39,462 nucleotides of DNA from IMG/VR virus record IMGVR_UViG_3300012200_000005, positions 1-39,462 of that record. One strand, written 5' to 3'. Under the pieces are notes generated by a model, which made no database searches, was not told the DNA's origin, and saw only the letters and a program-made list of their open reading frames with translations. The position numbers and the translations under genes were made by a program. The stretch's first letter is position 1; the number at the start of each line of letters is the position of its first letter. Source of the stretch: a virus (lineage: Duplodnaviria; Caudoviricetes). This document shows positions 21,447-31,445 of this stretch, piece by piece.

Positions 21447-22585
21447 GGATTGCTTTCCAGGATGATCCGGTCGGTAGCACTGGCATTATTTGCAGCAACC
21501 TGGCCGGCCGCCGTTGACGCCACGTAGAACACGCCACCTTCAACACCTGGGGTTCCATACGCGCCAGGCTTCGCGCCAGTGTTCGTCAGCGTCCAGGAGC
21601 CCGCGATAGTGACCGTTGGCGTGACGGCCTTACGGACCCACCTGAACGAGCCGTAAATATTCTGTGGTCCCGCTGAGGCGTAGCCAGATATCTGAACGCT
21701 AAAGGGAGTCTCGCCCACAATCTCGTAGTACCGCAGACACCGCGCTACATCATCCGCCGGGTGCATCGGCACGTAGTCGGCTGGTTGCGAGCCGAGAACC
21801 AGCATCGCGTTGTCAAGATACACCGTTGCGGACGCAGACAACGCGACGCCTATGCGCACATCAGTCGCTGCGCCCAACGCGAGCGTCGCCGTGAGTGTCT
21901 CGTAACTGCCACCACCCGTGTGATAGGTGCCATAGGTAAGGGTGGTCATGCCGTCTGGGCTGATGAACGCCCGTACGGCGTTGGCGGTCGTTGTGCGGAC
22001 GCGAATAGACAGACTAACCGTTTTGTTCCGGAGTTGTTCGAGGTTGTCGCCCGCGACGAGTCCCTGCCAGATTCTCGAATTCCCTGCACCATTGCCAAGC
22101 GTGAACACGATCACAGCAGCAGCAAGGGAGTTATCAACATTCGTCGGTTCCCGACTAACAGACGCGGTATCAGTACCACTAGGAACTGACCGCCATTTAT
22201 CAGCGATGAGTGCACTACCCGTGAACGGCCCAACTCCACGCTGCCAGATCTCGAAGCCGCCGTTGGTCAGCAGATTGTCACGCGCGGTGTCCGAGCCGAG
22301 CTTGGCGTTGGTAACCGAGGCGTCAGCGATCTTCGCCGTGGTGACCGAGTTAGCGGCTAGGTCCGCGGCCGCAATCGTGCCGTCCGCAATCATGGCCGAC
22401 GTGATCGAGCCCGCGGGAATACCAGTAGCCGCGATCGCCAGTCCCTTGCCAACGCCGTCATGCGTATGCGTCGAGACCGCCGCGGCCAGCGCCTGCACGT
22501 CTTCCTTGACGAAGATATCCGCCGCCGCGGTCGCCCGCGGGAATGTCGGACTGTTGTAGTTAGGGTCGACTGCTATACGCGCCAT
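21443..22585 (-). CDS. tail fibre / receptor-binding protein
   Basis: HTHDG, repeated ADGSIT/VTTAKI stalk, NLLTNGGFEIWQRG carbohydrate-binding-like domain, CLRYYE. Confidence 0.75.
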   Translation of the reverse strand: MARIAVDPNYNSPTFPRATAAADIFVKEDVQALAAAVSTHTHDGVGKGLAIAATGIPAGSITSAMIADGTIAAADLAANSVTTAKIADASVTNAKLGSDTARDNLLTNGGFEIWQRGVGPFTGSALIADKWRSVPSGTDTASVSREPTNVDNSLAAAVIVFTLGNGAGNSRIWQGLVAGDNLEQLRNKTVSLSIRVRTTTANAVRAFISPDGMTTLTYGTYHTGGGSYETLTATLALGAATDVRIGVALSASATVYLDNAMLVLGSQPADYVPMHPADDVARCLRYYEIVGETPFSVQISGYASAGPQNIYGSFRWVRKAVTPTVTIAGSWTLTNTGAKPGAYGTPGVEGGVFYVASTAAGQVAANNASATDRIILESNP

Positions 22586-22596
22586 TTACGGCCTCC

Positions 22597-24549
22597 TCAA
22601 ATCCAACTGCAGGCTTTTACACGAAGCGAGCCCCGCCACTTGCGCCCGATCTCGTCGAAACTCTGCATCAGTGAATACTCGGTGAACATCAACTGCTGCT
22701 GCGTCTCGTCCGGCAGGGTCACGTTGACCGCGCCCGGCGTGTCGACCGCGGCCTCGATCAACTTCTGGATCTGTGTCCGCCCCATTCTGATCGGCACGCC
22801 GTCGCGCCGCACCAGCCCGTCGGCACACAGGATGTCCGCCTGGAACTCCATGATCCGCTGCGGTCTGAGCGCGTGCCCCAGGCTGACCGCGGACACCAGC
22901 GGCGAGCTGGTCGCGGACGTATTGTGCAGATGCACGCGCAACGCCGCCAGGGTGCAGGCCGCATCGATCGGAAACTTGAAACGGTCGTACACCGGCGTGT
23001 TGAACGTGTGCGCCAGCGCCGTGAACAGCGTGCTCGGCGTTGGGTCCAGCTTGTACTCGAGCGTGACGTAGTTGTTGGCGTCGATCTTCGGCCCCGTCAC
23101 GCTGAAGTGCCGCAGGCTCTTCTGGCTGGCGTGGTAGCCGCCGTGCCACGTCGGCAGGTCGACCCACGCGTCGCCGACGAAGTACCTGTAGGCCGAGCAA
23201 CCCGCGGGATTCGGCGTGCAAGGATTCAACATCCAGCCGATTGACCCGTCGCTGAAGCCGATGTACGTCCTGGTATGACCCGCGGCGATGCCGAGCTGCG
23301 AGACGAACAGGTGCTGAATCGCCCGCCCGACAAACGGGATCGACACGCTGCCGTGCCAGGCGTCGATGTGTACCGGCTCGCCCGTGCCTTGCGAGCCAAT
23401 CGCGCTAACCAGCGTGCTCGTCCGCGGCCCTCGAGCTCCGAACGACACCCAGGCACCGAACTTGCACAGGTAGCCCGTGTTGGTGTCCTTGTCGAATAGC
23501 GCGGCGTAGGCGAACATCGTCTCCACGCCCGCGAAGGCCGTCACCCCACCGGAGAGGCCTGAGGCGTTACCTGAGAGGTCGTCAGGCCCGACGGACGTCC
23601 AGGACAGGTCAGCGTCCACCCTGCCGAGAGAGTTGCCGTAGGCCACGTACAGGCCGTTCTCGAAGGTGCCCCAGCGTTTGCCGTTGTCGGGCAGGTCGGC
23701 GTTACGCAGGAACGGGAACAGCTCCTTATCGTTACCCGCGGCGTCGAGGGTGTACAGCCCGTCCGTCTTGGCCACGACCAGCGTGCCGCCGGCCGTGACC
23801 AGCAGCGACGTGATCGACGCCGAGCGATCGCCTGTCCTGAAAATCAGGCTGGTGTAGTTGGCCTCGTTGGTCGGATCAGCGTTCGTGTCCAGTTTCCGCA
23901 GACGGTTGACGTCGTCTGCCCACCAGAACTCTTTGCCGACGACGGTGAACGCCAGCGCCGTGAACGTCGCCATCGCGGTGTACGCCGCACCGTCCGACGT
24001 CCATTGAGCGACACCGCTCGAGAGCGCGAAGAACGCGCGCTGCACGCCGTCGAAGTTCGACGTGAACACGACCACGTCCAGGATCGGCTGCGGGAAGGTC
24101 TTGACCACCGACCAGGTGTCGGTCGTACCGGCAGCCTTCTTGAGCACGTTGGCGCCGTTGGTGGCGTACAGCGCGTTGCCGAGCTCAAAGAACTTGCCGA
24201 TGCCCCTGGTCGCGTCCACGCTCGCGACGGTGTACGTGTTGATCTCCGGGCCCATCAGCCACGGCCAGACCGACAGATCGACCGCGTTGGCCGCCACGTA
24301 GCGCTGGTCGTCCCACTTCTCTTGAATCGATAGGCCGAGCCCGAGCGTCATCTGCTGGAACGGCTCTTCGCGATCGTTGGTCGGGTTCGCGCCCGCATAC
24401 GAGTAATCCGGGGGTGCGACCTGGCTGATGCTCTGCGTCTCGACCGAGACGAGCGCCGGCTGACCGGCTTGCTGCGAGCCGATTAAAAACCCAGTGCCTG
24501 AAATCACCACGTGATACGGCCAGGGCGACCGCTTCGCATACAGCGACAC
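22597..24549 (-). CDS. putative tail nozzle/stabilisation protein (beta-rich)
   Basis: 650 aa from GTG 24549 (TAGTG overlap). Beta-propeller-like composition; sits before the fibre gene. Confidence 0.55.
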   Translation of the reverse strand: MSLYAKRSPWPYHVVISGTGFLIGSQQAGQPALVSVETQSISQVAPPDYSYAGANPTNDREEPFQQMTLGLGLSIQEKWDDQRYVAANAVDLSVWPWLMGPEINTYTVASVDATRGIGKFFELGNALYATNGANVLKKAAGTTDTWSVVKTFPQPILDVVVFTSNFDGVQRAFFALSSGVAQWTSDGAAYTAMATFTALAFTVVGKEFWWADDVNRLRKLDTNADPTNEANYTSLIFRTGDRSASITSLLVTAGGTLVVAKTDGLYTLDAAGNDKELFPFLRNADLPDNGKRWGTFENGLYVAYGNSLGRVDADLSWTSVGPDDLSGNASGLSGGVTAFAGVETMFAYAALFDKDTNTGYLCKFGAWVSFGARGPRTSTLVSAIGSQGTGEPVHIDAWHGSVSIPFVGRAIQHLFVSQLGIAAGHTRTYIGFSDGSIGWMLNPCTPNPAGCSAYRYFVGDAWVDLPTWHGGYHASQKSLRHFSVTGPKIDANNYVTLEYKLDPTPSTLFTALAHTFNTPVYDRFKFPIDAACTLAALRVHLHNTSATSSPLVSAVSLGHALRPQRIMEFQADILCADGLVRRDGVPIRMGRTQIQKLIEAAVDTPGAVNVTLPDETQQQLMFTEYSLMQSFDEIGRKWRGSLRVKACSWI

Positions 24550-25574
24550 TAGCCGGCCGTCCTGACTGCTGGTCCGAACGCCCGCTGGCGGTACAGCTTC
24601 TTCTGCGGCATGTCGGCCACCAGGTGTTCGCGGACCAGGTCGTTGAACGCCGCGACCGCGCTGGCCTGATCCCTGATTAGTCGCTGATTCGCTGCGGGCT
24701 CGAGCAGGTGGCCGAACTGCCGCCAGCCGGCGACCAGCGCTGCGGCTGCCACCCATCCGCGCTCGATCGGCGCCTCGTCCGTCTCCAGGCTCAGCCCCTG
24801 CTGGTCGCCAAAAACACCGCCACTCGCGCGACAGTGATCGAAAGCTCGCTTCAGGCAGCGCAGGTAGATCAGGTCGCCTTCGTTGAAGGTCTGCGGGTAG
24901 GTATTGAGATAGAAATGCCCACCGTCGCGCTCGACCGTGCCGCGGACCCTGCGCTCGAACGGGTCTTGCAGGTTGCGGTCCTCGCCGTTGGCCAGCAGCC
25001 CCACCTGCAGCACATCACCCGTGTCGATCAGCCACGGCGCCACCGCGTTCAGGTCGTGCCTGGTGGTCAGGCTGGTCGGCACACACGCCACTTCGACCAC
25101 GACCCAGCAGTGGCGCAAACCCTCGTTGATCAAACGATGCGACGTTGGCACGTCAAAAGGTCCCAGGACCTCGAACCGCTCGCCGATACCGTTGATACCC
25201 GAACCTTCCAGATCCTGGTAGATGTATTGCTCGAGGTCGTGGTAGGTGAATGCCTCCATGAAGCCGTACGTCGTGCCCGCGGCATCCGAATACGGCGCCA
25301 CCGCCCAATCGATATCCGGCGTGATGGTGCCCGTCGACGGCGCGTAGCCCATCACGTACCGATTGCGGTCGACCTGCTGCGTTGCGTTCGGGCGGTACAG
25401 CGGACGGTCGATCAGCGTGTCCTGCTGCGGGATGCCCGACTGAATCGGATAGATCGTGCACACCAGCTTGGTCAGGTCCGAGCCGCCCATCGCTCGCACT
25501 TCGTAGCTTTCGGGACCGATGTACGGACCCGCTTCCGTCGAGAAGCTCGAGCGGTACTGCTGCAAGCTAGGCAT
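24549..25574 (-). CDS. putative head-tail adaptor / tail tubular protein
   Basis: 341 aa; assigned from its position in the tail module. Confidence 0.45.
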   Translation of the reverse strand: MPSLQQYRSSFSTEAGPYIGPESYEVRAMGGSDLTKLVCTIYPIQSGIPQQDTLIDRPLYRPNATQQVDRNRYVMGYAPSTGTITPDIDWAVAPYSDAAGTTYGFMEAFTYHDLEQYIYQDLEGSGINGIGERFEVLGPFDVPTSHRLINEGLRHCWVVVEVACVPTSLTTRHDLNAVAPWLIDTGDVLQVGLLANGEDRNLQDPFERRVRGTVERDGGHFYLNTYPQTFNEGDLIYLRCLKRAFDHCRASGGVFGDQQGLSLETDEAPIERGWVAAAALVAGWRQFGHLLEPAANQRLIRDQASAVAAFNDLVREHLVADMPQKKLYRQRAFGPAVRTAG

Positions 25575-26699
25575 CTACGGCCTCGACCCCAATGGCGGCG
25601 CGACGGACGGATCGTACGGTTGGAGTGACGGCGCCGTGCTCGCCACCAGGACTGCCAACGGTGGTGCGGGCGATGGCTCCGACGAGCCCAACGACACTGC
25701 CTGACTGGCGATGAGCTCCACCAGAGAAGACGACGTGCTCGTCGCCGACGCGACCAACGCCGGCGCTACGACGCCACCGAACGTCTCCAGCAGAGGTATC
25801 TGACCAGAGCTTGCGCCCACTAGTGCCGGTGGCGTATCCACCTCGAAAGTGACCAGTGGCGGCGCGACTAGTTGTTGGAACGGGTCCAGCGATGGAGCTG
25901 CACTCGGCGGGAACGGGCCCAGCGTCGGCGACGGCGCACGAAGAACCTGGAAGGTGAACTGTCCCCACGAGCGCAGCGTGCCATCGAAGAATGACTGGAT
26001 AGCGATCGGCAACCGCGATACGAACGTGACCGCGCCGCTCGAGCCCAACGAACCAAGCAGAGATAGCAGCTGCGGCGGGAGCGACCGCACCACGGTCAGC
26101 GCGCCAGACGAGCTCAGGACCCCGCCCAGTGCACGAGTAAAGATCTTGCCGAGTAGGACCGCGCCACTCGAACCGAGCACACCCGTCAACGAGCGGGTTA
26201 CCTGACGTTTGAGCGCACCACTTAGCGCCAGAGAACCGCTCAGCGCACGACTGATGCCTCGCCGTACCAGACCGCTTGAACCCAGGGCTCCAGTAAATGA
26301 GCGCGGCAGCGAACGCTGGAGCAGACCACTCGAGCCCAACGTCCCGCCCAGGATGCGGGTGTAGATTCGGCCGAGCAGGATGGCGCCACTCGAGTTGAGT
26401 GCGCCCGCAAACGCACGTCGGAGTGTGCGCGGAACCAGCAGCGAACCAGCCGTAATGAGCGTGCCGATGAGCTTGTGCGTCGCCTGCTTCGGCAACACGC
26501 CACTCGGCGTAAGTCCGCCGCTGATCGAAAGGAGCCGACTGCGCCTGTTGCTGAGCGAACCCGAAGACGGCAGCGTCCGGCCAATGCTCAGCCTGCCGCC
26601 TTCCAGCACGCCGTACGTCGGCGCTGCCTCGAGCGTCGTGTACGTGTTAGTGGTGTTGTCCCACGTCGCGTAGGTGTTCAGGCTGGCGGTGACCGGCAC
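25575..26699 (-). CDS. repeat-rich structural protein
   Basis: About ten imperfect R.l.G.L.SSG.l repeats followed by a Pro-rich C-terminus. Confidence 0.55.
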   Translation of the reverse strand: MPVTASLNTYATWDNTTNTYTTLEAAPTYGVLEGGRLSIGRTLPSSGSLSNRRSRLLSISGGLTPSGVLPKQATHKLIGTLITAGSLLVPRTLRRAFAGALNSSGAILLGRIYTRILGGTLGSSGLLQRSLPRSFTGALGSSGLVRRGISRALSGSLALSGALKRQVTRSLTGVLGSSGAVLLGKIFTRALGGVLSSSGALTVVRSLPPQLLSLLGSLGSSGAVTFVSRLPIAIQSFFDGTLRSWGQFTFQVLRAPSPTLGPFPPSAAPSLDPFQQLVAPPLVTFEVDTPPALVGASSGQIPLLETFGGVVAPALVASATSTSSSLVELIASQAVSLGSSEPSPAPPLAVLVASTAPSLQPYDPSVAPPLGSRP

Positions 26700-26706
26700 T
26701 CACTAT

Positions 26707-27318
26707 CTACCCGCCGCTAGTGATGGTCGCAATATACGTCGCGATGATCGAGTCGCCCGAGTTGAGTGCCAGCCCGGTAAAGACCGAGCGGTCCCATAGC
26801 GTGCCGCCTGGCGCCGCGGCTTGCGAGAACAGACCATGTTCAGCGATGGTCACCGCCGCGTCGACGGTGATGGTCGCCACCGACTGGTACTGATTCGCCG
26901 CGGGCGCCGACTGCGCGCCGGTCGGCCGCACGTTGTCGGTCGAATACTGCGTCGTGAGCTCCGTCACCAGCGTTGTCTGGCCGACAGCCTCCGCGGTCGA
27001 CCCCGTACCCAGACCGTGAAAGTTGAACAACTCCATCTCGAACGTGTTGCGAAAGGCGTTGACGACCTGGGCTACGCCGGCGTCAGTGATCACCTTGCGC
27101 GACACGATGCCGTGGTCTGTCCAGCAACCTTTACGGATCGACTCGAGGCGCAGGCTCGACTCGATCATGACCGTCGATGCCAGCGCCTCGAGCAGTTCCG
27201 CAGCCATGTCGTCTGGCAAATACCAGGCCGCGCGTTGAATGAGCCGGCCCAGCCGCGAGCGTGCCTTCGCAGGAGCGGCGGTGTAGATCTGACGAACTGG
27301 ATGATGCGCCAGGACCAT
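26707..27318 (-). CDS. virion structural protein
   Basis: ITDAG...GLGTGSTA...L.TE...I.EHGLF...GGTL.DRSVF..L...GDS pattern. Confidence 0.6.
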   Translation of the reverse strand: MVLAHHPVRQIYTAAPAKARSRLGRLIQRAAWYLPDDMAAELLEALASTVMIESSLRLESIRKGCWTDHGIVSRKVITDAGVAQVVNAFRNTFEMELFNFHGLGTGSTAEAVGQTTLVTELTTQYSTDNVRPTGAQSAPAANQYQSVATITVDAAVTIAEHGLFSQAAAPGGTLWDRSVFTGLALNSGDSIIATYIATITSGG

Positions 27319-27320
27319 AT

Positions 27321-27686
27321 TCAGGGTTCCTCCAGTGCCGCGGTCGCGACCACGCCGCCGTGTCCGCCAGTTTGCACTAGCACCAGGCTGATCACGTCGC
27401 CAGCGTTGACTGCGGAGCTGGTGGGCGGGTGACTCGTAAATTTGCCCGTCTGCCCACCAGCCAGCGTCGGACGCTGGGCGAGATCGTGGTACATGCTGAC
27501 CTGGTTCTTGCGCACGTCGATGATCGTCGGCGTTGTGCCGCTCGAGCTGGCCACCGCGGCGACGCGCAGGATCTGTCCGGCAGCGACCGCGATCATTGCC
27601 GCAAGCGTGTCGCCCGCCGTGGACGTGGTCAGCACCGCCCCGCTCAGGTAGCCCTGAATGTGGCCGTATGGCGGACCGTCATACAT
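27321..27686 (-). CDS. putative structural protein
   Basis: 121-aa beta-rich ORF in the late operon. Confidence 0.5.
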   Translation of the reverse strand: MYDGPPYGHIQGYLSGAVLTTSTAGDTLAAMIAVAAGQILRVAAVASSSGTTPTIIDVRKNQVSMYHDLAQRPTLAGGQTGKFTSHPPTSSAVNAGDVISLVLVQTGGHGGVVATAALEEP

Positions 27687-28131
27687 GCACGTTGGTTACC
27701 TTCGCGCCGGGTCGCTTGATGATGATCGACGCGCGCACGCCGCCCTGTGACGCGCGGTTGTCGCGTCGACCACACGCCGCTTCGATGGCTCGGTACGCTC
27801 GAGCATAATCGGCGTCGCTGGTAAGGTTGAGCTCACGCATCGCGTCTGCCCTGGGCAGGCTCAGCCACCACTCGCCGTCGACCACGTCGGGCGTGTTGGC
27901 GTCGCCGATCATCGGGTCGCCGTCCAGGCAGTGACCGTCGCGTTCGATGCGGATGTCGCGTACGACGCCGTTCAACAGACGGCACGCCGTCTGGACTTCG
28001 TCCCAGGTCTGCGCAAAACGAACATTGCGCTCGCCATAGCTCAGTCGAAAAAACCCGCTGCCGAAGCGGCAGTCAGCTCGATGCGCTGGCGAGGTCGTGA
28101 CGTACTCGACACGCCCGTGCTCGTCGATCAT
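27679..28131 (-). CDS. hypothetical protein
   Basis: 150-aa ORF tightly packed in the operon. Confidence 0.5.
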   Translation of the reverse strand: MIDEHGRVEYVTTSPAHRADCRFGSGFFRLSYGERNVRFAQTWDEVQTACRLLNGVVRDIRIERDGHCLDGDPMIGDANTPDVVDGEWWLSLPRADAMRELNLTSDADYARAYRAIEAACGRRDNRASQGGVRASIIIKRPGAKVTNVHV

Positions 28132-28133
28132 GC

Positions 28134-28574
28134 CTAGACCGTGGTGAACGTTCGGTCGCTCGAGTAGGTCGTCAATCCGTTCGCCGTCGCGCGGATGCGG
28201 TAGTGGTACGTGGTCACCGTCGTCAGACCCGCCAGCGCTTTTGTTTGCGCGCCGGAGCCCGAGCCCTCAGTGTTGGTCGAGCCATAGGCGGTCGTCAGCC
28301 CGTACTCGACCTGGTTGGTCGACGCTGGCGCCAGCGTGAAGTTGACGGTCGCCGCGGTCGCGGTAATGCCCGTCACCGAGATGGCCGAGATCGTTGGCGC
28401 CAGCGCATACGACGTCGAGCCGTTGGGCGCGACGCCTGCACCAGCCGTCGCCGGCCAACCGCCTGGCTGCGCGGTCGGCGGTGGCTCGTTGCCGCGCCAA
28501 TCGACGGGCGTGTGCGTCCACAGACCACCGGCCGCGCCGGTCTGGCTGGCGATCGCGCCGCTGATGTCAGGCAT
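28134..28574 (-). CDS. fibronectin type III / Ig-like virion decoration protein
   Basis: ITATAATVNF...VEYG.TT.YG...LAGL...TTYHYRIRA. Start ATG 28574. Confidence 0.75.
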   Translation of the reverse strand: MPDISGAIASQTGAAGGLWTHTPVDWRGNEPPPTAQPGGWPATAGAGVAPNGSTSYALAPTISAISVTGITATAATVNFTLAPASTNQVEYGLTTAYGSTNTEGSGSGAQTKALAGLTTVTTYHYRIRATANGLTTYSSDRTFTTV

Positions 28575-28576
28575 GG

Positions 28577-28858
28577 CTACGGTGCCGGAGCCGGAGCAGG
28601 CGCAGGGGCCGGAGCGGGCGCAGGCTTCGCCGCGGCAGACTGCTCGTCGTTCCACGCCACCAGGTCGGGAATCTCGACTTCCTTGCCGATGGTGTAGCCC
28701 TTGCGCAGATACGTTTCCGCGGCCGTTGCGCGACCGACGAACTCGTCGCCGTTGGTGCTGGTGTACATGAAGTACAGCGTGCTCGGTGCCGTCGGCACAG
28801 CCCCCTGCTCGACGGCTGTTTTCGCCAGTGCGGCGTAGTCAGGTTTTTTGTCAGCCAT
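28577..28858 (-). CDS. small protein with (PA)n tail
   Basis: MADKKPDY... after GGAGG; ends PAPAPAPAPAPAP. Confidence 0.6.
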   Translation of the reverse strand: MADKKPDYAALAKTAVEQGAVPTAPSTLYFMYTSTNGDEFVGRATAAETYLRKGYTIGKEVEIPDLVAWNDEQSAAAKPAPAPAPAPAPAPAP

Positions 28859-29465
28859 TGTTTCGGCTCCTCCGTCGAGACTCATCAATGGGATCGTGTC
28901 CGACACTCGGGATCGTGCGCGCTTGCGAGCCTTCGGCGCCGAGCTTGCGTTGGAGGTCCTCGAGCGTCTCGGCACTTTCCACCCCCCGCAGCAACGATGG
29001 CTCGGGTTCGGCTCGCTCGCGCATCGCTTCGACCCGAATCGGCGTGCCGCGAGCTCGAATGTCCTTGATGGTCACCTCGAGCTCTTCAATTGACTGCGCG
29101 TCAATGGTGTCCAGATCGATCAACGCCGAGAGCGTTGGGTCTTTGGCGTCCGCCTTGCGAATGGCGTTGATCAGGCTGGCCTTCCGCTTCTGCTCGACGA
29201 TGATCCGTGGTCGTTCGACACGCTCCCACTCTTCGACCTCGGACAGCGATTGCCCGCGCGCCACGGTATCGGCCAGTAAATGAAAACCCTTATCTGTGTA
29301 ATAGGCACGCGACTGCGGGTCGCTCTGGAGCTGGACGATGTCGCCGTTCGGCTTGGCGAACCAGCGCAGCGGGTAGTTGTAGTTCTGCCCGCGCTTCGGC
29401 TGGAACGCCTGACCGAGCGTCTTTTCCTGCATCCGCTCGGTGAAGGTTTCGGTCGCCTGCGGCAT
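28851..29465 (-). CDS. hypothetical protein downstream of the capsid gene
   Basis: TAATG overlap with the capsid stop codon. Confidence 0.6.
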   Translation of the reverse strand: MPQATETFTERMQEKTLGQAFQPKRGQNYNYPLRWFAKPNGDIVQLQSDPQSRAYYTDKGFHLLADTVARGQSLSEVEEWERVERPRIIVEQKRKASLINAIRKADAKDPTLSALIDLDTIDAQSIEELEVTIKDIRARGTPIRVEAMRERAEPEPSLLRGVESAETLEDLQRKLGAEGSQARTIPSVGHDPIDESRRRSRNNG

Positions 29466-30319
29466 TAGCTCGAGCCCTTGACCCACACGCCGAACGCGTC
29501 CCGCATTTCTTGATGGCCGTAAATCTCTTCGACCGCGAGCTTCCAGGTGAAGACGTCGATGTCGTAGAAGATGTGCGACTTGGGCGTGCGCTGCATGATC
29601 AGCGCAACCGCCTCGCGATGGAACACGGCGTTGTTGGCCTGACCACCCGCCGGCTTGACCAGGTTGGTGGTGATGCCCAGGTTCAGTCCGTACATGTCGC
29701 CGAGCATGCCCGACTTGGCCGGCATACCGCCGTTGCCGATGTACAGAGCGTTGCTCCAGCGGTCCAGCGCCAGCTTGGCGACCTTCTCGGCCGGACTCAT
29801 AAGAAAGAACCGGTCGTTCTGCGGCGCGTCGGCGTTGTCCAGGAACTGCACGGCCGACAGGACGTTGGCGTCTGAGGCCACGGTGCCGAGCGTGCCGACG
29901 GTCTGCGAGAAGCCGGCTACGTCCGTGGCGAGGCTGGTGTCAACGTCTTTGGCGAGCGCGTAGCCAAGCTTCTGCTGGTACTCGTTCTGCACGTCGACGA
30001 TGGATTGCACCTTGACGATGTCTTCGATGCCGAGCGCGGCGTAGCTCCAGATGTTGAGCGTGATCGTGGTCGCCGTCTCAGCGACGGTCTCGTAGACGAT
30101 CGCGGTGTTTTCGGCCTTGGCGCGCGCGGCCAGGTTGCCGATGCTGGCGACCTTGACGGTTTTGCCCACGCTGGCGTCGTTTTCGAAACCGCGATTGACA
30201 CTCTTGGCGAACAGCAGATTCGACTCGGTCGCACGCAAGACAGCCTTGGACCAGATGTCCGGCGAGAACACGCCATCAGCAATCGTTTTGTCGACGTATT
30301 CCAATGCCCCAGTGGCCAT
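29465..30319 (-). CDS. major capsid protein
   Basis: FSPDIWS...GKTVKV...GYALAKDVD...RFFLMSP...IYG pattern of P22-coat/N4-like capsids; follows the scaffold gene. Confidence 0.85.
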   Translation of the reverse strand: MATGALEYVDKTIADGVFSPDIWSKAVLRATESNLLFAKSVNRGFENDASVGKTVKVASIGNLAARAKAENTAIVYETVAETATTITLNIWSYAALGIEDIVKVQSIVDVQNEYQQKLGYALAKDVDTSLATDVAGFSQTVGTLGTVASDANVLSAVQFLDNADAPQNDRFFLMSPAEKVAKLALDRWSNALYIGNGGMPAKSGMLGDMYGLNLGITTNLVKPAGGQANNAVFHREAVALIMQRTPKSHIFYDIDVFTWKLAVEEIYGHQEMRDAFGVWVKGSS

Positions 30320-30334
30320 TGGGTTTACCCCCTT

Positions 30335-31231
30335 CTAGTGTTGTGTGAGGGGGATGCTCCGCGTTGGCCTGTGGCGCACCCCCGGTTTGGGACGGTTGTT
30401 CTCGTCGAACAACGCGTCATACTCTGCGAGTGACATTGCGGCGATCTGCTCATCCGTCACTTCGCGGACGCGACCGGGGGTACCTGAGTCACGCTCGGGG
30501 ACGGGTTCGTCGCCGTTTAGCTCGCTCAACATCGACTTGCGTAGTGCAGACTCGCGCTTGTCCAGCCCGAGCTTGACCGCCCGATCGACGATGAACGCCA
30601 TGTATTCTGCCACTCCTTCGGCGTGGGTCTTGCCGGCGCCGAATGCCTGTCCTGAAACCTCCTTCTGGATAGCTTCCGGTAACTGCTTCTGGAACAGGAC
30701 CACGCCGTCCATGAACGGTCCCGCAGCCTGAGCGGCTTGCTGCGACGCGAGTTGTCCTTGCAACTCGCGCTGAGTCATCTCGCCCAGCGTGTAGAGATCG
30801 TTGTCGGCGGCGGCCTGGAGCTTGGCTCGCTCCTGCGCTTCGCGTTCCTGCCTGGCTTGCAGCTCGCGCGAGCGACGATCGGCGATCTGGCCGATGAGAC
30901 CAGACATGACGTCGTCTTTTTCTAGCTGGTCGCGCGGCAGGTTCTTGGCCAGCAGCCGCAACGCCTCGGTCGGGTCCTTGGCGTCGCGCACCTGGTCGAA
31001 CCAGGCCAGGTCAGGCTGGGCTGGCTGGTCGGACTCGGCGCCATCAGAGACTGGCTCAGCGTCTGATGGCGTCTCGTCCACGGCTGGCGGAGTGGGAGCG
31101 CTCTCAGCCGTCTCGCCCGAGCGACCCCTCGTCGAGCGAGTGCGTCGTTCGGGTCCTGGTGCAGCAGTAGGCTGCGGCTCATCGTCGACCAGGTCGGGGT
31201 GGACCGACCGCTCCCAATCGCCGGTCGTCAC
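30335..31231 (-). CDS. capsid scaffolding protein
   Basis: Acidic disordered N-terminus, coiled coil, C-terminal IAAMSLAEY; lies directly before the capsid gene. Confidence 0.7.
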   Translation of the reverse strand: MTTGDWERSVHPDLVDDEPQPTAAPGPERRTRSTRGRSGETAESAPTPPAVDETPSDAEPVSDGAESDQPAQPDLAWFDQVRDAKDPTEALRLLAKNLPRDQLEKDDVMSGLIGQIADRRSRELQARQEREAQERAKLQAAADNDLYTLGEMTQRELQGQLASQQAAQAAGPFMDGVVLFQKQLPEAIQKEVSGQAFGAGKTHAEGVAEYMAFIVDRAVKLGLDKRESALRKSMLSELNGDEPVPERDSGTPGRVREVTDEQIAAMSLAEYDALFDENNRPKPGVRHRPTRSIPLTQH

Positions 31232-31362
31232 TTCTTCTTCGCTGCCGCCCTCTGTGTCGCGAAGGCTGCCGCGACCGCCTGTTTGACAGGTCGGCCACTC
31301 TTAACCATTTCGCGGATGTTGCTCTTGAACGCTGCCTTACTGGTCGACTTCTTGAGCGGCAT
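31228..31362 (-). CDS. 44-aa basic phage protein (MPLKKSTSKAAFKSNIREMVKSGRPVKQAVAAA...)
   Basis: GGAGG RBS; MPLKK...NI..G.P.KQAVA.A pattern is common in phage head modules. Confidence 0.7.
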   Translation of the reverse strand: MPLKKSTSKAAFKSNIREMVKSGRPVKQAVAAAFATQRAAAKKK

Positions 31363-31445
31363 CAACCACACCTCCACCAATTCGCCATAGCTCCACACCG
31401 GGTACACCGTGAGTGGGTCAACGACATGCCAGGTAGGAATCTCAT
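31362..31445 (-). CDS. 27-aa CxxC peptide (MRFLPGMSLTHSRCTRCGAMANWWRCG)
   Basis: ATGA and TGATG overlaps at its two ends. Confidence 0.35.
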   Translation of the reverse strand: MRFLPGMSLTHSRCTRCGAMANWWRCG